A DNA stretch of 59,427 bases, filler included, from Squatina squatina (taxonomy: Eukaryota): NCBI GenBank assembly GCA_031763465.1. It is 4 parts of 3 records of this genome, joined end to end, with 100 filler letters (N's around TTAATTAATTAA, not from the genome) between each part and the next. Parts side by side here need not be neighbours in the genome. Positions count along the whole stretch, not along the records: positions 43,485 to 59,427 come from JARFOE010000004.1; 3 more parts are not named here. One strand, given 5' to 3'. The position numbers and the translations under genes are program-made. The notes beneath the pieces were generated by a model. That model was not told the origin of the DNA, ran no database searches, and was given only the letters and a program-made list of their open reading frames with translations. Shown here piece by piece: positions 49,550-59,427 of this stretch. How positions within the stretch are numbered: position 1 is the stretch's first letter; each line of letters opens with the position of its first letter.

Positions 49550-49737
49550 AACGTGGTGGAGGCAGATTTGGTTGTGGCTTTCAAAAGGGAATTGGATAAA
49601 TACCTGAAGGAAAAACATTTCAAGGCTACGGGGAAAGGATGGGGGAGTGAGACTAGCTGAAGTGTTCTTGCAGAGAACTGGCACGGGCTTGACGGGCCGA
49701 ATGGCCTCCTCCTGTTCTGTAACCATTCTATGATTCT
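49550..49737 (+). mobile_element. CR1 LINE 3' end
   Basis: AFKRELDKYLK plus the gggccgaatggcctcctcctg...ttctatgattct tail. Confidence 0.8.
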
Positions 49738-50644
49738 GTCATTCTAAATATCTCATCATACCCATGTAATTGAAGAGTACCTTGTCTTCGTCCACCTTTA
49801 AGACAGTCAGTCAGGTTTCTCTGGCTTCTATTTACAGTGTGGAACTGTAGGTTTAATACAGTGCTACAATTATATTATAAAATTGGTTTGAGATTGAATG
49901 TTGCAGAATGAAACACAGCCAGCAAATCTCGAGTTATGCTGCAGGCTGTGACTTGTACCCAGTCTGCCAGGAAAGAGCTCTGCATGTGTGTGATTAGGCC
50001 ACCTGAGCCCTTTTGGATCTGGCTTCCTATTGGACTGGCGGTATATGGCCTTCAGTAGGAATTTCACACTACTTGGCTTTAGCCTGTTTGAGAGTCAGAT
50101 TGGCACTTTTGTATCAATGCACACAGGTGGAACATTGGCTTTTGGACAGAAATCTTTATTGTTTGCAGGGAGCGGGTTGAGATTTCACCTGTCTAGATTT
50201 TCCACCATGTGTTTTCTGCAATGTTGGAAGTCATTAATTTATGAAACTAATTTATATTTGTCACAATATCTCACAGGTGCAATTTAGACCTACTCAATCC
50301 ATGTTTTAAAAATGTACAGAAATTTTCACCAGCTTTTCATGACTTGCCTTTGATTTTAATAGATGCAGCCATTGTGCTCTGAGGTGGAGCACTGGATCCC
50401 AGGAGGGAGGAGGAGATGATTCAAAGGAGCTACTTGTACAAGTGGAAGGATTTTGAGGTCACATTCACATTTCCCTGCTCAAGCACCTGGTATTTGAATC
50501 ACTTNNNNNNNNNNNNNNNNNNNNNNNNNNNNNNNNNNNNNNNNNNNNNNNNNNNNNNNNNNNNNNNNNNNNNNNNNNNNNNNNNNNNNNNNNNNNNNNN
50601 NNNNAATCTATAAATTGAGAAAACCTGTTCTTAATTGGAATAGC

Positions 50645-50760
50645 TTCTAATTCCTTTTACCAAAGGCGGGTAAATGGAGTTGTGGCACAGATGAACCATG
50701 ATCTAATTGAATGGCAGAACAGGCTCGAGGAGCTGAATGGTCTACTCCTCTTCCTATGTT
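50645..50760 (+). mobile_element. CR1 LINE 3' end
   Basis: ccatgatctaattgaatggcagaacaggctcgaggagctgaatggtctactcctcttcctatgtt. Confidence 0.75.
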
Positions 50761-53440
50761 GTTCCTTATTCAATGTGAAGCTATCTGTTAATTACCTTTT
50801 CTTCTCTTGACCGCCCAAAAAATCCCACTCGGCCTGACCAAAAGGGCAGGGAGCTGGCCTGTCCTAGGCATCCCCCATTGCTGCCCTGAAACTAACCATT
50901 AGGCAGCGCGTTAGTGTAGGACTGTGTGACTTTTTCCCGCAGAATTTCCCACCTTCTGACAGGGAAGTGCCTAGCCTCTGTGCAGAAACATCAGACATTA
51001 AGAACCTAGCGAGGGAAGGATTGTAAGCACGAATTCACATCAGTGCAGCATGCTGGTGCTCCAAGCCACTGCATTCTTAATCCACCTCACTTTAGTTGAA
51101 AATACGGCATTAATGACTAGTGGTTCCAATTCTTAATTTTCTACTGCAGGAATATGGTATGATACAATAGCTTTACAGAAAACTATATGAGAAGATGGAA
51201 CTAACAGAACTTTATGTGCCAGTAAGTCGCACTTTATGAAAATTAAAGAGACTTTTGTTTTGAGGTGAAACAGTTCTTAAGAAATGTTATTGACCCATTG
51301 TGCAGTTTTCTCAGTGTGGGCAAAGATTTTGTCTGTGTTGCAAGATCGTAAATCCATTCTTTATAAATATGTTTACAATTTTGCTACACCTAGTGTATGT
51401 ATTTTCATATATTGTACTTCTAGTATCTTACTAAATTTTGTGCTGCATATATTAATTTGTTTTAATAACTATTAGTTTATTTAACCATTTAAACCTGGTC
51501 TGTGTTTAATATCCACCAATGTAGAGAATATTTGAGAGAGTAGTGTCAGGAAATGATTAATCCAATAAATTTGTCACTGCTTGTAGAGTAATTGCCAATA
51601 CTTAGGGTAGAATCTCGGCTAAGGGCAGATTATTGGAAAGGAAATGCTTCCGGATTGTAGGGAATAATCTGCATTTACAGGAACCAGTACTGAGCCACTT
51701 AGAAGATAGAACAATTAATACTCAAATTGTGTCAGAATGTATCGGCAACATTAGTAATTCAGGGGGAGATGAGATGAGGTATCCGGACCAGCATGAGCCT
51801 AATGCAATGAACCAAATTGGATGTTCCCATTTTCTTTAAAAAATAAATTAATCAATAAAGATTAATGTTCATGATTTCATTTTTTTGTTGAAGTTGGGCG
51901 TGTTTATTATCTTGTTAAATTCTGTTATAGGTGTGAGGATAACACGTTAGTGGTTTTATTGGTTTTAATGTGGCTTTCTGTTTTTCACTTAGTGCGCTGT
52001 TGTGTGAATAAACATATCTGTTACATTCTACCATAATCTCTTTCTTTGCAACTAATGTGTATTGAGACTTGGAGTTGTTTAAGTAAATTGAATTTCAGTT
52101 AAACAAAATTGATTCTTCAGTTTTTTTCATTTGCCAGGTTATGAGCTAATTACAACTGTACTGAGTCTTATGAACAATTAGTGTTTTTACTTTGTGTGCA
52201 AATACATCTTCTTGAGGGTATAGTGCAAACATTTGTGGTTTTCTGCAATACATGTTTTTTTTTATGTTTGTGAATTGCAGACAATCGCAAAAGACCTTGA
52301 AAATTGCTCATGCAGCAGTTTAGAACCAGAATTGTGAAGAAAAGCAAAACTGTACAAACCCAAATAGTCATGTGAATCAGGGCAGATACAAACGTTTTTT
52401 TTTTAATGACTCCCATCTTTTTCTCCCTTCATAGGCACTTCCCCATTTCCCCATTCTTGGATCTCCAAAGCATGTACCATCTCTGGTCAATAGGATGATT
52501 GCTGCCACTCTGAAACCAGCCACTAGGCGGTATATAAGAGCANNNNNNNNNNNNNNNNNNNNNNNNNNNNNNNNNNNNNNNNNNNNNNNNNNNNNNNNNN
52601 NNNNNNNNNNNNNNNNNNNNNNNNNNNNNNNNNNNNNNNNNNGTTTTTAAAGGAGCTGTTGTCTTGTTAGGACCTTCTTGGAAAACAATTCCCATGGTCA
52701 CACTTCCTTGACACAATCATGTTGAGCCCAGCACAATAACCTGCTGATAGACAAAATTCACTATGTAGATTTTGTCTAATAACAACTTGGGCAGAATGAG
52801 AAGCAGTATTTACAAAGCCAACAAGATACCTCTGACAGCACAGGGTCTGTGGGAAAGATTAGAGTATGGTGAAAAAGTGAAGAATGTGGAGATCCACTGT
52901 GCTATGCCGTAGAGTGGTGGGATGGAGGTTCTTACACTGAGTTTCCCACACGCAGAGTTCCTTATCTCCGCCATGGGGAAGCACTGAGCAGAAACCAGCT
53001 TCTGTGAAAAGAGGGAGGAAAATTTAGGAGTAAGGTCACCCCAGGCCACACACCTCCTAGTTGTAATTCTCTTGCTTGCCCTCTTGCCTGAAAGTGGGTG
53101 TCATCAAGAAAGTAAAATGAGTAAAGATAAGTTAATTTAATTGCACAAGGTGGTGTTAAAGCCTTTATTCTGTCATCTTTATTGAAAAAAATAATTAAAA
53201 CAGAAGTAAAAACTGAGCGGTACAGTGACTGTGCTGCAACATCGATTTCTACTCATTACTCCTCAAGTAGGAAGCTCGATCACAGCTGTGGCTTTAAGGA
53301 TTGATCAGACATGATGTGGTTGAATTCTGATGCACCACATCTTGGCATATACTGTATGTTACATCCAAATGCAGAAGATGTATTCAACAAAGCAAACACT
53401 GATTGTGCTCAGAATCTTGCCATGACCTCTAACTCTAAAA

Positions 53441-53580
53441 GGAGTTATTTTAACCTTGCCCACCAGTTGGGAGATGAACAGGTTGACTTCAATGGAGAGT
53501 AAAACCGGGTGGGGTGTTAAACAGGCACGGACTCGAACCTGCCTGATTCCCATCAGGCGGGTTAGGTTAAAATTAGTCCC
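53441..53580. mobile_element. Harbinger-like MITE, sister of 28299-28727
   Basis: TIRs ggagttattttaacct and aggttaaaattagtccc; core ttgacttcaatggagagtaaaa. Confidence 0.6.
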
Positions 53581-54054
53581 GAAGACTCACGGAGAGAGTT
53601 GCTTACAAATTGACAAATTGTACAAAATAACTTGGACTGACCTAGTGACATTTCAGGGAAATTGTGCTGAAAATTACACACAAGATGGTGCACGGAAAAA
53701 ATTAACACTCATTAGAGTGAGTTTGATTGGCTTAGAATTGGATTAAAAACCCATGATAAACAACTGGTTTGCTTCAGTTGCTAACTTGTAATGGAAAAAA
53801 AACGAGCCTTTCTTTAAATACCAACAGGCTGGTGGTGACAATGAAATCCAAGGTGGGCGGTATTTATCTAGATGTTAGCCCACCTTTTTGGGTCACCATT
53901 ACGTAAATAAATGCAGAAAACATGGTAATGAGCTGCAACCGTTGATTCTTACTTTATTTGGCTGACAGGAACTTTTTCCAAAGCTCAACATCGCCAGCAT
54001 TTTTGAGTAGTGAACTGCCCAGTCTGTGCACTTTTTAAATTCACTTGCACTTTT

Positions 54055-54545
54055 ATCGCCTCACACACACAAAATGCTGTCACACACAGAATACACAGTG
54101 AGACACAATCACACAAGTGCACAGAACCCACAGTCACACCCATACATATTACAGTCACACACACACGTAACACACAGCCACACAAACAGGACACACAGTC
54201 ACACACACAAAATTCCATCACACACAGAACAAACAGTGACAAGCAAAGAAACACACAGCACCCACAGTCACACAGAGTCATACACACACACACACATACA
54301 CACACCACACAGTCACAAACCCAAACCGAATATTCATATGCACTGAACACACAGGCATGCACAGTTACACAGCAGAAATCATTGTCACGCACAAACAGAA
54401 CACACAGCCACACAAACACTGAACACATGCTCACAGAATACAGTCACACACAACACAAACAGTCACATGCACAGAACACTCAGTCGCACACATACAGAAC
54501 ATAGTCACACACGCACGCACATAACATACAGCCACAGAAACAGAA
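54055..54545. repeat. Degenerate (CA)-rich tandem repeat
   Basis: Recurring cacacagtcacac and cacaaacagaa units running into a gap. Confidence 0.9.
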
Positions 54546-54649
54546 NNNNNNNNNNNNNNNNNNNNNNNNNNNNNNNNNNNNNNNNNNNNNNNNNNNNNNN
54601 NNNNNNNNNNNNNNNNNNNNNNNNNNNNNNNNNNNNNNNNNNNNNTTTA

Positions 54650-55420
54650 ACACTACATTCCTGCTTTTGTATTTTATCATCTAGAAATGAAGCCCAGTAC
54701 TTTTTTTTTGCATTTTTATGGCCTTATGAACATGTGTTGTTACTTTTAGTGATTTATGTACCTGTATTCACAGATCTCTTTGTTCCACTACCCCATTTAG
54801 TTTCTGAGCTTGCAAGCAATAAGTGGTCTCCTTACTTCTAAAAAAGTGAACAATTCCACTTTGCCATATTAAATGTAATTTACCATCACCCACACTGCAA
54901 GCCTGTTTATGCCTTCCTATATTTTGCTACAGTCTTCCATTTTATTAGCTATACACTTCAATTTGGTAACACCAACAAATTTTGACACCATGCCTCCAAT
55001 TTCTAAGTCCTATTCATTTATGCACATGGTGAACAACAGTGGTCCCAGCATAGATCCCTGTGGGACACCACTTCCCACTTTCTGTCAATCTGAGAAACTT
55101 CCCTTAACTCCTACCCTGTTTTCTTTTTTGTAGCCATCTTTAAATCCATTCTGCGAGCTGCCCCATCTCCACACGCCCTGACCTTTGTCACGAGACTCTT
55201 ATATTGCGCCTTAACATTTCCATGTTAACACTTCCATTTCTGCCACATCCACTGCATTGCTTGTCTACTCTGTTACTTGTTCAATGAATTCAATAAGGTT
55301 GGTTAAACATCACTTTCCTTTTAGAAATTCATGCTATTCTAAATTCTTCATTTCTAGATGTTTTGTTAACTGATCTTTTAGCAAAGATTCGAATATCTTT
55401 CCTACCATGACATTGACAAT
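54650..55420 (-). mobile_element. CR1 LINE RT fragment (degenerate)
   Basis: Antisense SGVPQGSMLGPLLFTMCINE*DL...VSKFVGVTKL. Confidence 0.85.
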
Positions 55421-56094
55421 TTATCAAGATTCTGTCTGCATTACTGCTTATTATTAGTAACCACATCCACAGAACAGCATCCTGTCCTCCTCCAAGAGAA
55501 ACCATATATTTCTCTACTCTCTAAAACACTGCTTTTATATGCACATTGAGGGTGGCATTCTATCGATGGGGTAAAGGTTGCATTTGACTTCATGCATAAC
55601 ATCAACGAGGGAGAATGCACTTCAAAAATCTTGGTAATTGAACTACATAATTACAAATAGACCATTATTACATGATACATTACTGAGAAATGTAATAGGA
55701 TTCAAATTCACAGCCTGTTCTATTTCATTTTAATTGGATTGCCAACTGACTGCTCTATTCTTGCCTCCATATCAACTGAAAAAACATTCCCTGATGTCAG
55801 TGCCCTTTTTAATATTGTTTACATTCCAAAATCAACCATCTGCCACTTAGACCCGATGCTGAGCCATCAGTGTCTCAAAACAGGGTCTGACGTGACTTTT
55901 CAGGTTATTTATGAGGTGCACCTTTTTATTTATATATATCTCCTTTTAAAATGGAGCAATATCTATCTCTACATAGCTCCATTTTTAAAAGAAGCCCTCA
56001 GTGTAAACAGACAGAAAATTTAAATAGAGAACCATGATAATAAAAGTCTAAAGGGGACACATCACGGAGCATGTTACTTAATCAGGATTTATGA

Positions 56095-56235
56095 TTGAAG
56101 GATGGGGGATAAATGGATATGGGAATAGGGCAGGTACACGGGATTAGGACTACTGTTGGTGTGGAGGACAAACACCAACATGGACTGGTTGGGCCGAATG
56201 CTTTGTTCCTGTGTTGTACTTTCTGTGCAATTCTC
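56095..56235 (+). mobile_element. CR1 LINE 3' end
   Basis: gtgtggaggacaaacaccaacatggactggttgggccgaatg...gtgttgtactttctgtgcaattct. Confidence 0.7.
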
Positions 56236-56374
56236 TGATAAAAGGGATCTTTTATTCTTTCTTAAAATNNNNNNNNNNNNNNNNNNNNNNNNNNNNNNNN
56301 NNNNNNNNNNNNNNNNNNNNNNNNNNNNNNNNNNNNNNNNNNNNNNNNNNNNNNNNNNNNNNNNNNNNGCTTAG

Positions 56375-56640
56375 GCTGTGAGCATTGGAAAGCAATTCAA
56401 ATATGGGAAGGGTATCACAGCTAAGCTGAATCCTATGCTCACCCGATGTCCACCCAGTCACTTTCCTGCATAGTCATCAGGAGTGAGATTCCTCTCCCTC
56501 GCCCAAGGTCAAGGAGGCCAATTATAGCATCCCCACTGCAACCTTGACTAAGATCACCAAACTCAATACAGACCATGGATCATATCTTGAAAATTCCTGG
56601 TCTATATGGCATGGTACTGTGTCATCCAGGAGCATTTATC
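56375..56640 (-). mobile_element. tRNA-SINE-like repeat (second family), 5' half
   Basis: gaggccaattatagcatcccc...cagaccatggatc...ttcctggtctatatggc is the reverse complement of the 22390-22510 type sequence. Confidence 0.45.
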
Positions 56641-59188
56641 GACAGTTGAAGTTCTTTTAAGTTAATAAGGTGACAAGAATCAAGGTGGACAGTCAGGTGG
56701 GAAGGATCTCCAAGGAAGCAAAATCCATAATTTCTAAAGACACTGGGAAAAGAGCCTAACTAGCAATTAAAAGACAGTTAAAATGTACACAAATTAACAC
56801 AACATTGGTTGATCTTTTAAATTCTATAACGTATGGCTGCAAGAACAACCCAATAGTAAGCAGACGCCACTGTATTTTTGTTGAGGTATTTCAACTCTGG
56901 CAGAAACCTTAGAGTCAGAAACCTATTAGTTGACCAATGTACGCTACAATTTAACCCTTCCCTACCCTTCAAAAAAATTAGACCTACAAAATACCATTCA
57001 AAATAAGCCATTCTTTCAAATAAATATATATGTATATACAGTTGTTGCTTTACAGAATCGGTTGATTTTTTTCGTATAAAATCTGCAAAGACTAATTTCT
57101 TGCATTAATGAAAATGGAGTAAATTATAGAGAGAACCACAGAACATTTGTTTGTTCACAGCATATTGGAATAAACTAAACAATAAAACTAATCCTAACAT
57201 TGTGATGTAGACATGCTTCTGCAGTCCTCAAAAGGATCCAACACTTAAAGTTTTAAGGGAACTGTTGAACATAACAGCTGACTACAACTATATGACTACC
57301 CTTTTACTGGAGGGAACACTTTTTTTTTAAAAAAGAGCTTTCTTCTGACCCAAGCAAGTAAAACAAGCTGCTCGATAGGGGTTCTTATCCGATTGTTTTA
57401 ATCCAGCTTATATACATCCTTCAAAAAAGGACACCATCTCTAACAAAAATACTTGTTTCGACATAATGGTTGTAACTTCCACAATTCTAATGACCTATCT
57501 CCCACCAAAGACTGAGTGAGAGGGCGTGAGCGTGTCTGGCTGAGCATCTGATTACAATGGTCAGCCAGGCACTGAATTTATCAAAGCAACCAACATTTCT
57601 CTTATTTCACATTAACTAATTCTCTGTGGATCCTTCGCCGATGCTAATTTAGAGAATGTAAACAATTACAGTACTGTTAACTCCACCTGGCCCAGCTGCA
57701 TCTCTTGCAAGCCCATCCATGCTCCATGCTAAGAAAAAAATAAAGTGCAATTCGTCCAACTTGATGTCTTCAAACAAGGTCCATTATAATTATGAAGACA
57801 TACTTTCAAACTTGATTTTTGGAANNNNNNNNNNNNNNNNNNNNNNNNNNNNNNNNNNNNNNNNNNNNNNNNNNNNNNNNNNNNNNNNNNNNNNNNNNNN
57901 NNNNNNNNNNNNNNNNNNNNNNNNTTGGAAGAATATCACTGCGCTAAAATCCAGAGGGGCATTATTTTGTGGTAGCCAAATCAACATTTAAAAAAAAACT
58001 TTAGAAAAGCTTATTTAGAGCAATACACATTGATGTTTCAACAAATCTGTACTTCAGTCTTGGACAAATCAACAATTCTTCTGCAGATATACTGTAGAGC
58101 TGATCTTTAGGACAGGATGAAGAAAACACACAAGGGTGATTCTATGATCCAGTGCTCCCAGGAAACATCAGGCTACACACCCACGATTTCTTGTGATATG
58201 CACATTGCAAGTACTGTTCTCCGAGTGTGCTGGATCACCCCATATGTTTCATGAATGTCATTTATTATTTCAGATTCAGCTTTCCCGTATAACTGCTATG
58301 CCAGAGGTGATTTTCTATATATTATATATCTATTTAACATTTAAAACTTCAAGGTTGTGTGCCACATATCACCTATATCAAAGTAAAACAGAGTTACTGT
58401 AGTGGCACCACCAATGAAGATAGCTAACTGCTGCATTTTTTTATAAAAACTTCTGGAATTTAAAAAAAAGTTTCTCTTACTGCAGGATAAACAGTTTGTG
58501 CAAGAAGAGTATGGAATAACAATGCTCAATGCACTCCATTTGCTTTCACATTAGTGACCTCAGAGATTAATATTGCTAGATGCTTCTGCAGAACTCTCCA
58601 AAATATGCAGCGCACAGAATCTTTTTTTTTATTAGCATAGAGCTCTGGACAACAACCTTTACTGCAGGTCTGACCCAGTTAAAGAATAGAATAGTTAACA
58701 TATGGTGACCAAAGGAAAATACTGCTAGCCTCCAAGGCACAAGTTAGCATCCGGCATTATGAGCGATTAAGTCCATAACAGGTAAAAATGATCAGTGGGG
58801 CCCAACACTCAGTTTGTTTTCGGTTTAGATAGTCCCTTCTCTCCTTGTAACATCTTAACTGAACTGTAGTTTCATACAAATAATTTATTGCCACAATTTT
58901 ATCTAAAACATCTCTCAAATCTAATTGGTGATTGAACTAAAATATGCATGGAATGAAATTAAATACTAACCTATTTAAAAAAAAAACTAAAAACAAAGTT
59001 TGTCTGATGTACAAGGCTGCAATGGAGATGTACAGAAATCCATTTCCAGAACACAACAGAGAGGCCCAAACACTGAATTAAGTTATCCATAACAGGTCAT
59101 CTTCCAATAAGATCAGTCTTTGTGTGAGTAAGCAATAGTCTTGGGGCATGTAGCGTAGAAGCGATGGCCCACGCTTCCCATTGCCTCA

Positions 59189-59401
<213 letters not shown>

Positions 59402-59427
59402 TTACTAAATTTCACCAGTCATACTTA

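Noticed and set aside
52748-52778. 10-bp perfect inverted repeat tagacaaaat / attttgtcta
   Set aside because: Short and AT-rich, so expected by chance or as a TE remnant.
53985-54545. His/Thr-rich and Cys/Val-rich ORFs, and a possible CRISPR-like array
   Set aside because: These are translations of a degenerate CA repeat; there is no constant repeat with unique spacers, and the context is eukaryotic.

Overview
This is vertebrate nuclear DNA, almost certainly a shark or other chondrichthyan, judged from CR1 and L2 LINEs, DeuSINE/SacSINE1-like SINEs, Penelope-like termini and Harbinger elements. It comes from a fragmented, scaffolded assembly: short contigs joined by 100-N gaps, plus three artificial N44-TTAATTAATTAA-N44 linkers (13815-13914, 29223-29322, 43385-43484) that split the window into four blocks. 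Block 1 (1-13814) holds exons of SLC30A1/ZnT1 (-), NEK2 (-) and LPGAT1 (+), the human 1q32.3 neighbourhood. Block 2 (13915-29222) holds the NEFM tail exon (+), one MMP21-type catalytic exon (-), a PLPP5-like exon (-), three ASH2L exons (-) and EIF4EBP1 exon 2 (-), the human 8p / FGFR1 paralogon. Blocks 3 and 4 contain no gene I recognise. They are mostly transposon-rich non-coding DNA, with an octamer-octamer-TATA promoter feeding an ATG-only first exon, a CpG island and a few orphan exon candidates. The best lead is the MMP21-like exon among 8p genes, a candidate second (ohnologous) MMP21. There are no CRISPR arrays, tRNA or rRNA genes, or prokaryotic systems. Homology calls are from memory of the families, not from database searches, and gene adjacency across N gaps depends on the scaffolding.
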